Shown here: positions 11,018-24,037 of the stretch, in pieces
Layout of the letters: each line of letters opens with the position of its first letter
Numbering within the stretch: the first letter of the stretch is position 1
Source: Piedraia hortae CBS 480.64
Taxonomy: Eukaryota
NCBI GenBank assembly: GCA_010093745.1
Contig: MU006009.1
Span: 1 to 64,000, forward strand
Direction of reading: 5' to 3'
Length of the DNA: 64,000 bases
Notes under the pieces: generated by a model
The model's input: the letters and a program-made list of their open reading frames with translations, nothing else
Databases searched by the model: none
What the model was told of the DNA's origin: nothing
Made by a program: the position numbers and the translations under genes

Positions 11018-12835
11018 ATGCTTCCCCATGACAACATGCTTCCAGCCGACACACTTCCCAATGTCCCGCTACACGCAACACTATTGCAGCTTGCCGACGA
11101 ATACGTGGCCGCAGCATATGGCGGCAATATCGGGGACGAACTCTACCATTCACAGCTCAGCACCGCCATGGGATGTCTGGAGTCGGTGTTGAAGAATTTT
11201 CGCCTCGACCCGCGACGGGAAGCCAGAGTGCGGCTGCGTTTGGCGACTTTGATGGTAAACGAAACGGAAAACCAAGTCGAAGCGGAGGAAATTCTCAGCA
11301 AGGGGATCATGCTATGCGACCGCTGTAAACTGTTGAATCTCAAGTATGGAATGTACCATTTACTCGCCAGACTTATGGCTACCTCCAACCCACGGGCTGC
11401 CATGAAGCGCGTGGACCAGCTCATTGGGGAGACAGAGACTGCAAGCAACGTTGTCTGGGCCTACAGTTTTCGTTTCTTGCGCATTTCCCTGGGACTTCAA
11501 TACGGCGGACGCACTGATGGCGCTTCTCTGATGAATCAGTTAGCGATCGTTCTGCAAATGGCCATGAAGTTTAGACATGTTGCTGTGCAAATCATGGCGT
11601 CTACATTGCAAGCAATTGTGCACTTGAGGAGCGGAGCCAGAGATGGGGTAGACATGGCCCAGCGCGCACTCGCAGCTGCGAGAACGTTTCAAACACATCC
11701 AGAAATGAACAATTTGCCGCAACTGCGAATTTTAATTGAATGTCTCAGTCTAATGTGTGCCATGAGTCAGTTTAACAAGGAACAAGCAATGCAGTCGACC
11801 GTGATGATGCAGCAGGAGTTGGAGTCTTTGAAGGAGGGTTACTTTTCCATTTCTCTTGGGACAGCAGCGGCAGGAGACATTGACCTTGATAGTGGAGGTA
11901 TCCTGTCAAGCATCAACGGCTGTACTTTTCTCAAGTTCGCCTGGCTGCCCGTGGCTCAACTGCAAGCCATGGGATACCTCCTGAGCGGCATCTCCGCCAT
12001 GCACAGGGACGCAGCCGATACAAAGACGGTGCACTTTCTCAACCAAGGTCTCCGACTGACGGAGTATCATTGTGGGCCGGCCAATCAAGTGACGAACCTG
12101 TTGCGTTTGCAGCTGACGCTTGCCTATTGCACGCAAAACGATTGGGATCAGGCGGCAAAGGAACTGTCTCAAACAAAGGCTGACGGGGATGATTTCACAA
12201 AGGCACTGCGGTTGCTGTTGCAAGCGACTATCAAACAAGCCACCGGCAGTTTGAAACCCGCTCTCGAGCTGTACAATGCGCCGCCTCTCAAGTTCTCCGT
12301 TGGGGAGGAAGACGGTGGGGTAAGGGATGTACAGACGCTGGGAACACTCAATCGAGTATTGATACTGCAGAGGCTAGGACTCCACGAAGAAGCTGTCGGT
12401 TGTCTGTCCGAGGTGGAGCAACGCTGTCTGCAGCACCGCAACAGGCTGTACTTTTCAGCATTCCACGTTGCCAAAGCATACCTGCAGCCTTCATCCGCCA
12501 TCTTGCCTCGTAAACACATTCTCAAGTCAGCCGTAGAAGCAGCGCAGACGACTAACAATCAGCAGCTGCTCTGTGTGATCATGAATGTCATCAGCCAAAG
12601 CTTCTTCCACGGCATCATTGGCGATCAGGCGATGAAATCAGTGCAAGTGTCGAGTGTACTCGGCAAGAGGGCTCGAAATCGGATGTGGATGGCAGTTGCC
12701 GACGAAATGTACGCAAAGACTCTCGAAATGAGCGGTAGGCCAGACAAAGCAGCGACTTTGAGGAGAGACGCAAACGAGCAAATGGCGGCAGTTCCAGCGA
12801 CGTTGCAGAGTCTTTTGGAGAATCAGACATTTTAG
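11018..12835 (+). CDS. SCC4: Cohesin loader subunit Scc4/Ssl3/MAU2 (helical repeat protein)
   Basis: 605-aa ORF; N-terminal LLQLADEYVAAA..AMGCLESVL..PRREARVRLRLATLM..ETEN..AEEILSKG fits the fungal cohesin-loading domain. Confidence 0.8.
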   Translation: MLPHDNMLPADTLPNVPLHATLLQLADEYVAAAYGGNIGDELYHSQLSTAMGCLESVLKNFRLDPRREARVRLRLATLMVNETENQVEAEEILSKGIMLCDRCKLLNLKYGMYHLLARLMATSNPRAAMKRVDQLIGETETASNVVWAYSFRFLRISLGLQYGGRTDGASLMNQLAIVLQMAMKFRHVAVQIMASTLQAIVHLRSGARDGVDMAQRALAAARTFQTHPEMNNLPQLRILIECLSLMCAMSQFNKEQAMQSTVMMQQELESLKEGYFSISLGTAAAGDIDLDSGGILSSINGCTFLKFAWLPVAQLQAMGYLLSGISAMHRDAADTKTVHFLNQGLRLTEYHCGPANQVTNLLRLQLTLAYCTQNDWDQAAKELSQTKADGDDFTKALRLLLQATIKQATGSLKPALELYNAPPLKFSVGEEDGGVRDVQTLGTLNRVLILQRLGLHEEAVGCLSEVEQRCLQHRNRLYFSAFHVAKAYLQPSSAILPRKHILKSAVEAAQTTNNQQLLCVIMNVISQSFFHGIIGDQAMKSVQVSSVLGKRARNRMWMAVADEMYAKTLEMSGRPDKAATLRRDANEQMAAVPATLQSLLENQTF

Positions 12836-12928
12836 CGTTTTCTTGTCTCTTCCTTTCAGACGTGATTGTCGTAAGCAAGCAGCCTTGAACGGTCATAAGG
12901 GGCGACGGAGGGAGGGAAAGAAAGCATC

Positions 12929-14170
12929 ATGGACTGGCGTTCGCTCGCAGCCGAGCAGAAGCGGCAGATTGACGAGTTGAACACGGCCTTGGAGAGACTC
13001 AACCCTCAGTTGACGGAGAAAAGCAAGCAGATCAACGAGCTTCGTTTTCGTTTGGCCGAGCAAGGCGATTGTGTGTCTGATGGGGAGCTAAAGGCCAAAC
13101 TACGTGAGGCTGAAAACCATATAGCTGAGTTGAGACAACACATTTCCACCCAAGAGTGTCAGTATGTCGAGCAGCAGAGGAAGCTCGAGGAACAGCAACA
13201 GTCGAGCACCCAAATCGTCTCTCTTAGACAGCAGATAGCCGGCCTCACACGTCAGCTGCAAGCTGAAAAGAAGAACAACACCAAATACCTATTTGCACCG
13301 GGAAAAGTCATCGGCAACGATGACGAAGACGACGAAGAGCCAAACGTGAGGACAACAATGGCTTCGTCAAGAGCTCTGACTATTTGGCATCCGCCTTCCC
13401 GAGCTGACCGACGCAATGCAGCAGTTGCCTTTCCGTCTCCCACTCGAGCGAATTCCAAGCGTAAGAGATCCCTACGTGCACCGCGACATGCTCGACAGAA
13501 AGCCGCCAAACGGAGATATATCAAACGGGAAGACGAAGACGAAGACGAAGAAGAAGAAGAAGAAGAAGAAGAAGAAGAAGAAGAAGAAGGAGAAGAAGAA
13601 GAAGAAGAAGTCCATTCCGAACGCCAGCGAAGCATCTCGCGAAGCATCTCCTTCAATGAGGCCAAACATAACACAGCAGAAGCAGCAGAATCCGAGAGTT
13701 CACGTCGCATCACCCGCGGAAGGACTAAGCCAGCAGCTCCCAGCACACTGGCGCCATTCCACTTCTTGGCAGTAGTCTCATACGACGAAGAAGGCGATGT
13801 AGACGAATACTTTGACTCGGAGCTAGATTTTGACGACTGCATGGAAGAACTATGGGAGCACGTAGCAATCCTGCGGGATCGGTGGGAGTCTCGCAAAGGA
13901 CAGGACTGGAGCTGGGAGTTTGAGAAGCCAGGGTACAACTACCACTCTAAACCCTGTGTTACGAGGAAGCTAGATGGACAGAGAGCTCGGTGGAGGCTTG
14001 GCAGCGAAGGCAAATACGCCTGCATGGACTGCGTCGAGCGCGGAAGACCTTGTTTCACCTACGCTTTCACAGGAGAAGAATGGGACTTCCTCCTCCTCCC
14101 TCTGCACGACGAAGATCGCAAATTGATGCTGAAAGAAGGGTATGAAATTAGGTATTGGCTGAATACATGA
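12929..14170 (+). CDS. Hypothetical protein: coiled coil, basic patch, poly-Glu tract, C-terminal Cys cluster
   Basis: 413-aa ORF; C-terminal KPCV..WRLGSEGKYACMDCVERGRPCF suggests metal binding. Confidence 0.75.
   Translation: MDWRSLAAEQKRQIDELNTALERLNPQLTEKSKQINELRFRLAEQGDCVSDGELKAKLREAENHIAELRQHISTQECQYVEQQRKLEEQQQSSTQIVSLRQQIAGLTRQLQAEKKNNTKYLFAPGKVIGNDDEDDEEPNVRTTMASSRALTIWHPPSRADRRNAAVAFPSPTRANSKRKRSLRAPRHARQKAAKRRYIKREDEDEDEEEEEEEEEEEEEEGEEEEEEVHSERQRSISRSISFNEAKHNTAEAAESESSRRITRGRTKPAAPSTLAPFHFLAVVSYDEEGDVDEYFDSELDFDDCMEELWEHVAILRDRWESRKGQDWSWEFEKPGYNYHSKPCVTRKLDGQRARWRLGSEGKYACMDCVERGRPCFTYAFTGEEWDFLLLPLHDEDRKLMLKEGYEIRYWLNT
13528..13610 (+). repeat. (GAA/GAC)n trinucleotide repeat encoding poly-Glu/Asp
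   Basis: Directly visible GAA array with one GGA interruption. Confidence 0.95.
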
Positions 14171-14174
14171 AGGG

Positions 14175-14657
14175 TTAAAACTCTTCTTCGCGGCTAAAGA
14201 AGAGGCCAAAGGCTACGATTGTGGAGTAGATTAATAGACCGCCGATAATGGACATGATCATGGCTTCGGTGCGGATTTGGTCCGTGTGGAATAGAACTAA
14301 AGGGAGGGCTGTTTTCATATCAGTTATTCCTTCCTCATTCAATAGATCTGCTCATACCGATTCCCATGACGACAAAAAACGCCGTAAGAAAGCGGCCGAG
14401 GTCTTCGTAATTCCCCTGCTCAGCATCAAGGATATCGAATCTCTGACCGGCTCTGGAACAGATCCAGTTGGGGATCGGGGCGACAATGTACACGCCGACA
14501 ACCAGCAGCGGGAGGTAGTTTTGCCATAGCGCAGATGAGAGAATGACGAGGAGGATGCCTATTGCTAGGACCTAAGCAGGTCAGTTGGATGGTTGTAAAG
14601 AAACTGAATGGATGCGCTTACAAATGACAGAATGATTATCGTCTTTAAACCGGCCAT
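14175..14657 (-). CDS. VPS55: Vacuolar protein sorting protein Vps55 (exons 14657-14622, 14571-14358, 14308-14175)
   Basis: Manual splice gives [79 protein letters not shown]; absent from the ORF track. Confidence 0.93.
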
Positions 14658-14830
14658 TTCCCACGTTTTTTTTCCACTTCGCAATCGCCTCTTTTGTCGC
14701 TGCCGCAAGTGACGTCGGTTGGTTGCTCGCGTGTCACATTAGCGTCGGATCTCCCCGGTCGGTCAAAACGGATCTTTCCGTCGCAGACAACACCCCCAAC
14801 GCTGCCAATTGGAGTTGGTCTGCGCCAAAA

Positions 14831-15685
14831 ATGTTCCGCAATAACTACGACAACGATGCGGTGACTTTGTATGTGCGTCTACAATTACATGGACGTCCTG
14901 CTAATGGTTCTAGCTCCCCGCAAGGAAGAATCTTTCAGGTTGAATACGCGTCGGAAGCGGTGAAGCAAGGCTCAGTCGTGGTCGGCATTGTCAGCAAAAC
15001 GCATGCCGTTCTGGCTGCTTTAAAGGTATGATGTCCATGTAACGAAATGTGACCTCACTAACACGACCAGCGCAACGCAGAGGAGCTTTCATCATACCAA
15101 AAAAAGATCATCTCGGTCGACACGCACTATGGAGTGGGACTGGCGGGGCTGGCAAGCGACGCGCGCGTGCTGAGCAACTTCATGAAACAGCAATCGCTGT
15201 CTTCGCGACTAATCTACGACCGGCCGATCCTGCTCAGCGAGATGACCAGCCGCATAGCCGACCGCGCACAGACGAGCACGCAGCACTACGGCAAGAGACC
15301 GTACGGCGTCGGGCTGTTGATTGCAGGAGTCGATGCAAAGGGGCCGCACCTGTTTGAGTTCCAGCCGAGCGGCGTGACTACAGAGATGGTCGCATCGGCC
15401 ATTGGAGCGCGGTCCCAGATGGCTAGGACGTATCTGGAAAGGCAGCTCGACTCCTTTGCCGATGCTGATCGGGAGAAGCTCGTGCTACATGCGCTGCGAG
15501 CGCTCAAGGAAAGTCTAGCGCAGGACAGAGAGCTGACGCAGGAGAACACGTGCGTGGCTGTGGCGGGGGAGGATGAGCCTTTTACGCTATTTGAGGGCCG
15601 GCAGCTGGAGGAATGGCTGGATGAAGTCGAGGGAGACAAGGAGACAGGCCAGCAGGGCCAGGAAGACATGGATGTTGACTTGTAG
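14831..15685 (+). CDS. PRE5: 20S proteasome subunit alpha-6 (two introns)
   Basis: [69 protein letters not shown]. Confidence 0.95.
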
Positions 15686-15872
15686 CATACTGTATTCAAG
15701 CCATCTTTCCCGAATGGGGACCAGTTTCCAGATGAGGCTTAGCCACGCACACCTTGCATTAGGCAGCGTACGGAGCTGAAGCGATTAGTGGGGGCTGACT
15801 GGAGACGCCGACGACGATATACACCAGACAATCCGGGAGAGACATTCAGGATACAAAGCAACGAGCGAGAAA

Positions 15873-17176
15873 ATGCCTCTATATCGCACATTTCCAGGCC
15901 TTCCAGACTCCCCAGACAGGCCCGAGGGTCCCGTTTCCCCATTCAACTTCCTTGACCCCAACGACACACTGTTCGGCTTCGCCGACGACGAAGGCCCCCG
16001 ACCTCTGTTTGGCGACAGCCTTGGACAAAGCGCGGCATCATGGAGAAACTTTCCGCATGCCGCATCAGGTGCGCGGACAGAGCCTGGGAAACCTTACTCC
16101 ATGGTCGACGAGGTCACTACCACCACGTTGTCCATGATGAACGAGCACGCTGACCAGGCCGAGCTTGCCCGGGTCGATGCCTTGATAAGGGCCCAGAAGG
16201 TGCCCGGCTACTGCATTCTCGACGACTGCCTCAAGTACTATACCACTACCAGCGCCTTCAAGAGACACTTTTACCAGCACGTAAAGCCGTTCCTGTGTAG
16301 AGGTCCAGACTGCATCCAGCGTTTTGCCAACGGGAATGACCTCGACCGCCACCGCTCTTCGGTCCACCAGCAGCGGTGTCCAGGCAAGAAACGATACAGG
16401 TGCGCCGAGTGCCCTGAACCCGTAGACGGCAAGAAGAAGGTGTGGCCGCGAAAGGACAACTTTGTCAGCCATTGCAAGCGAAAGCATGGCGATAAAGTGA
16501 ATGCCACCGTGCAGAGGTAGCCTATGGCACGCACGCCGAAACTGACCAAAGACTGACAGTGAATAGGTCCGAGATAGGTGATGAAGACGTGCATCCGACG
16601 GAAATCATTGGTGCGACCGACGTGGAGCCTGCACCCGCCCAGCTAGTAGTGCCAAACTACTCGGAGGATCTCTTCTCGGGCTTCAGCCAACAGTTTGACC
16701 AAGATGCGGTGCAGCCTTCGGTACTGCCTTCCGTCCCCGAGGCACGCACAGTGTACGGCTGCACCTTTCCGCGCTGCCGCAAACAATTCAAGAGCGCGCG
16801 GCTATGGAAGCGGCACGAGCTGACACGCCACTGTCTCGCAGGTGCCTGGGTCTGTCTGCACGAGAACGACAGCGGCAGGGTGTGTCGAACGATTCACTAT
16901 GCCCGGGATGAAGCCGACAATCACATCCGCCTTTACCACCCGTTCGACAGTGCCAACAACGAGCAGCTTCTGCCCTATCTCGGCCAGCACGGGAACAGCA
17001 ACTTTTGGTGTGGCTTCTGCAACAACGTGGTGGCTGAGACGGACGGCTCAAAGAACCCTGCGGAAGACCGGCTAAAGCACATTGCCGACCACTTTATACT
17101 CGGCCACGTCGTTGAAAACTGGACATGTTTGGTCACGAAGTGCCAAAAGGGCGAGAGCAGCACAGCAAGACTGTAA
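15873..17176 (+). CDS. C2H2 zinc-finger protein (intron 16517-16566)
   Basis: Several CxnC..H..H fingers (HVKPFLCRGPDC..FANGNDLDRH; CTFPRCRKQF..WKRHELTRH; FWCGFC..RLKHIADH); a GT..CTGAC..TAG intron joins the two ORFs in frame. Confidence 0.85.
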
Positions 17177-17228
17177 TTACCCAGTACATATCATCGATAT
17201 TTGTGAATACTGCGTTAGCAACGAACCA

Positions 17229-18158
17229 TTAAACCCCCTCTGGCTCCCTCCCCTCCCTCAACGGTCCAAAAACCTCTTTCCAAAACTCACTCTCCACCCC
17301 CACCGTAACCCTCAACTCAACCTCTTCCAAGCCCCTCCCACCAGCCTCCTTCCTCCCCTCCAATAACACCACCACACTCCTCAAATCCCACGCCTTCCCC
17401 ACCGCCTGCGCAGCCCCAACCTCGCCCCCCACAAATGTCACATGCACATGAAAATGAAAATACGTCGGAAAATAATGCACATAAACCAACAAATCCTCAT
17501 CCTCCACATCCCTCCATCCATACTTCTCCCTCGCCAGATCCCTAGCAGCGGTTCGGATATCTCTCTCCAAATTTTTCAAATACTCCAGATTCCCGACTTT
17601 AAGGTCGCGAAGCGACGCTATGTCTTCCCGCGTAGCGATAGCGAGGAGGTGGAACCCCTCTCTCGAGCGGCCATCGAAATGTAGATCGGGGGCGAGGATG
17701 AAGTCTTCATTGCGGAAGAGGATCGAGTCTTGTTCCGCCGCGCCGGAGAGGATGTTGTGCACCCAGGTTACGGAGCCGTTGGATCGGAGACGGGTGATGC
17801 GTGGTAAAGTGTGGGTGGTGTAGATTGAGGGCGTTTCGAGGACGGATCTGTACTGTTGCGAGGCGTATTTTGATATGTGCTTGGCTGTGGCAGGGTGGAT
17901 GATGTCGAGTTTTACGGGGCCGAGGTGCACGGCTGTTAGCCAGGTGTAGATGTCGTTTTGGCCTATAAGAGACGGGGAGGTGAAGGTTTTGGTGAGGGAT
18001 GTTAGTTGGGTGGGTGAGAGGGGGAAGGGGAGGTGTTTGATAATGACCAAAGCCGGCTCGGAGTTGATGGTGCCCAGGAGGATGATGCTTAGCCCATTTT
18101 GGGTCACGTTGTGGAGGGATTTGAATACGAAGTTGGTGATCTTTTCTTCGGGTGTCAT
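17229..18158 (-). CDS. DCS1: Scavenger mRNA decapping enzyme DcpS (HIT family)
   Basis: NDIYTW, IHPATAKHISKY, WVHNILSG, IASLRDL, HIT motif VHYFPTYFHFHVHV. Confidence 0.92.
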   Translation of the reverse strand: MTPEEKITNFVFKSLHNVTQNGLSIILLGTINSEPALVIIKHLPFPLSPTQLTSLTKTFTSPSLIGQNDIYTWLTAVHLGPVKLDIIHPATAKHISKYASQQYRSVLETPSIYTTHTLPRITRLRSNGSVTWVHNILSGAAEQDSILFRNEDFILAPDLHFDGRSREGFHLLAIATREDIASLRDLKVGNLEYLKNLERDIRTAARDLAREKYGWRDVEDEDLLVYVHYFPTYFHFHVHVTFVGGEVGAAQAVGKAWDLRSVVVLLEGRKEAGGRGLEEVELRVTVGVESEFWKEVFGPLREGREPEGV

Positions 18159-19857
18159 TTTTTCTGCTGTGTGATGGGGTAGGTACAAAGCTATGTATAT
18201 GAAAGGGGCAGACACTCGCCGCCTTCTATAGTGTCACGACGCGAGGCTAAGGACGAGGAGTCAGGGCCGGGGGATCGATGTGAGACAAGGGCAAGAGGCT
18301 CAAAGCAATGAGAGATGGACGAAAGGACTGCGTAGACAGAGGACAACGCATGAAGAAGAGAAAAGTTTGTGCCGCAGGGTGTGTGCCGCAGAGTGTGGCC
18401 ACTAGGCTCGGGCCGTGGACGGACCGGGCCCTTCCGCATAACGTAGGGCTGATCTTTCTATGTGTCCCGACTTACCATCCAGACCTCCATCCCGATACCA
18501 TGGCAACTTTGACCATCCTGCTAATAGCTCCAGCTCTTATGTCGTGCCAACAAAGACTCCCACAACTACATCCCTCTTTCGACCATGTCGAATGTTCCGA
18601 CGTCATCCCGAGCCTGCAATGGTGCCCGACGGGCCGACGCTGTTATTCGGAAAAATGCAATGCAACGAAGCCAGTTTGGCAATGAGGTAACATGCACCCT
18701 CATTCTTGCCCTCAACGCATGGACGTTCCATATGCGAGGTAGTCATCACATGGGCAGACCACTTCTTGCCTTGAATAAGCCCGGCCGTCCACGTCAGGCC
18801 TGCACACTTATCATCCCAAGCGCCTACCCTGTCAAATGGTGAAGGTCGGTCAGACATGCCCTATCATGATACCTATCTTCTTGAAGATACCCAGCCACTC
18901 TGATCATGTGCATGTGACATGCTGTCCGCCTACCACAAGTGTTCAGCTCCTATTATCGCTTCCTCGGGCCTGGCGCCGCGCTCTTTGAAAACTCAAGCCA
19001 ACAGATGATATGAGGCTGACGTAGGGCGCAGAAGACCGGTGAGGTCCCGGTGGATCGTGCATGTGTCTTGCGATCGCTTCACGGACCCACCCTGCTGCCC
19101 CACGACGCTTTTGGTTGGTATGTTAAGGTGAGTGACCTACTTCGGTTTGTTTGTTCCCAGCGACCATGGCAACAGGACGGTATTTCTCTGGTCGTAAATT
19201 GGGTTGGCGTATGCTTGGTCCTTCAATGCGTGACAGGCTATGTGAATTGACTGGTTAATAACCTATCGGCCTCACTACACGATTTCTGCCTCTGTCTTAC
19301 AGCCATGTGAACGTTGGTGCATCTGTCGTTCTTATACTGAACCCACACGACAAGACTGCCCTTGAAAAGAATCGAGGCTCACAGCATTGAGAGCTAGATT
19401 CACAGTAGGTGTAAAGGGCTGTTTACCAGTCAAAATGAGTTGTCCTGGATCGTTACGCCCAAGTTGGTCCGATCAGGCCTCACGACTGCAAAAACGCCCA
19501 GGGGCAGTACCCAAACAAGGTCGCTCTGAGTATCAGGCAGCCTTGCTTCTTTGAAGGTCAACTCCTTCTGGCCCATCGAAGCTGCAGCAACCACTTGATG
19601 GATCCACCGAAAAGTCAGGGTGTTCACGAGGAAATTCTGATTCTTTGGCCTACGTAGAGTTTCAATACCATTTCTTCACGTCTTAACATACCTTCCCCAT
19701 CGTCAAAAGAACGTCAAATGTCTGTCACACTTCTGATGTAACCCGCTTCAGTACTGAAACAGCTTTCCCCACATCAAAGGTAATGAAACTTCGAAAAAGT
19801 CACCCGGCCTTTGGCACTGCTCGCCCTAGACAGCAAAAGGACAGACTCTACTATACA

Positions 19858-21611
<1,754 letters not shown>

Positions 21612-22129
21612 GATGATAGAGGGTGGAGATCGGGAGAGGTATGGGCTGGTGGACGAGGAAACGCGGAAGTCGAGCTTTGCAGTGTGCACGGGCCACTCCC
21701 CTCGGAGAACCTCCGAGGAATTACCCGACGTCAATAAGATTGACAGACGATGCTTTGCTCGAGCAATCGTCTGGTCGGATCAAAAGCGTCCCTCTTGACC
21801 ATATCTGCTCAAGCTTCACGCCTTATTACTTCTCATGCTGTGTAGACTACAGTAGTTATGTATGCATCTGCGCAGTTCTCCCCCATCTCAACATTCATTT
21901 GCAATACAGATCTACAAGATCGGTGTTATTCTGCTTGGCAGACTGGTATCTGGCACATTTGGCTGGTGGCCTATGGTTAGCGGTATAGTTCTTACAGCTC
22001 CCTAGCTGTCAACTGAGTCGCCGCCAAGCAAATTCCACTTTTCGTTCAAGAACTCACCTCTGAATCAACATCCTCCCTGAATCAACATCCTCCTCCGAAA
22101 TAACCAACCTCTGGCATACCTACATCATC

Positions 22130-23170
22130 ATGGCCCGCCCCTTGCCGCATATTCCCGCGGAACTTCAGTTCATGATCATACGTCAGATGGACACCCCTAC
22201 ATTGTTCAACGCGCTCACCGTCTGCAGTGCCTGGTTCGAAGAGGCCGTGGAGCAGCTGTGGCATACTGTTGATTTGCAAGTTTTCTTGCAGCTTCCACGT
22301 AAGACCGCACAAAGATATGTCAATATGACGGAAGCGCTAGTATGTAAGTCCCAGATTCCTTGGTACAATCTGGGAACATTTTTCTTCTTTCGCACCTTCT
22401 CGTTCCCTCGCCTCCGACACTTTACACTGCTTGGCAAGCTGGACCACTGGGTGATCCAAGAGATTCTGCAACTCCTTCGGCAGAACTTGGAATCACTGCA
22501 CGTACGCTCTCCACTAGCATACAAAGTGTTTGAGATACTATCATCACCATTGCCCGAAGTGAAGTTCCTGATGTATGATGCCGTTTGGTTTCGCCAAATC
22601 GACGAACTTAACCGCGTGACTCCTGGCTTGCGCATACTCCAGGTACATGTAATCGAAATGACCAGGGAGTCTTTTCAGAGCATTTCCCACCTCACCGGCC
22701 TCGAAGAGCTGCATTTGGAAGCTGATTGGCTAGATCCTTGAAGCGATATCAAGAGTCTTGGAGCTCTGTACAATCTGCGGTGTCTTGCAGTCAATACCCG
22801 AAACCACTTGAATGCAACCGATGAAAATTTTGCCGCCCTCTTCTCAAGCTTGTCTGAACTGAGCACCTTTGACTGGCAATCCAGGTCCTGTATGACTTTC
22901 GAATCGTTGAAGACGCTTGGCAGGGCTTGTCCTCAGCTAACTACGTGCAAGTTGAGCGAAGCGGTCGATCTATTCCCTCTGACATACGTTGATGGACCGC
23001 TTTTCCCTCGCCTCAAACACTTGCTACTGGAGCACGCCATTCTCTCTGACCATATCAATCGGTCTGAAGCCGCGACTATCAAATATCATGCTCCCAGTTT
23101 GGAAAAGCTAACGTTTGGATCTGGACGCAAGAATTGTCTCGACCGAGCAGCCCTGTTCTCTTTGCAGTGA
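22130..23170 (+). pseudogene. F-box-like/leucine-rich repeat protein with in-frame TGA at 22739-22741
   Basis: N-terminal LPHIPAELQFMII..LFNALTVCSAW (F-box-like) then LxxLxL repeats; ORFs 22130-22741 and 22808-23170 share a frame. Confidence 0.7.
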
Positions 23171-24037
23171 ACCAGCTTCGCCTCAAATACTACAAGTCTG
23201 CTACATCTTCTCTGGAGCTTCTGCAAGAATTTGGGAAAAAATCATGAACAAATTCTGCTGGAATCGAAGTCGTGGGACCACAATATGCCGCTGTCAAGTA
23301 TGAGGTAGCATAACCAAGGTAATAGCGACTGCTATTGCTTATGGTGCACACAGCCTTAAACCAAGACTGGATGAGGCATGCTAAGGTGCACTAAACTACA
23401 TTGGGTTAGTCAGACTTTTTACACTAGCCATTTTGAGTTAGTGCATGCGAAATTTTCCGCATAATGGCAGCCGCCAATGCTGACAGACACTATTGGCTCG
23501 TTCACGCTGAAATACCCCATTACAGGCCAAGAAGAGATGTAGATTATCTCTTCTGAGCGAGTTAATCTTCTGAATAGTCGCGAAGAGCTTGAGCATATGA
23601 TGTCACAAGAGTTAGTTTTGGCTGTTTGTCAAGGTCAGCTTCCATTTTTGGAAAATTTTTAGGGTTGGAGTGATGGGATGTAAACCTCCGAAGCCGGCCC
23701 CATACTTAGCGCGAGTTTCAACCCCCGGTTACTTCGCTCAACATGGGCTGGACTGGAAAACTAAACTGATAGCAATATTCAGAAGGCCTCAAATAACAAA
23801 GTTATTAGTTTCGTTTCGCGTTTGGGTTGCGTTGTGGTGTGTGATATAGGTCCGAAATGGGGTGTGGTTTTGACGTGGTTTAAGGCTGGGTGCACCATAT
23901 GGCAGCAGATGCACCCAACCTTGTGCACAGTGACAGTGATACAAGATCATCCAGTGGTACAGCTGGAAACAATTCTTTCTGGACACGTAGGACATGGCTA
24001 TGCTGAGAAAAGAAGAGGAAACTAGATTCTCATGAAA

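Noticed and set aside
13252..13938. Poly-Ser, poly-Phe and poly-Lys ORFs
   Set aside because: Shadow frames of the GAA repeat.
18460..19630. Short Cys-containing ORFs between DCS1 and ATP2
   Set aside because: No coherent spliced model or recognisable domain could be built.
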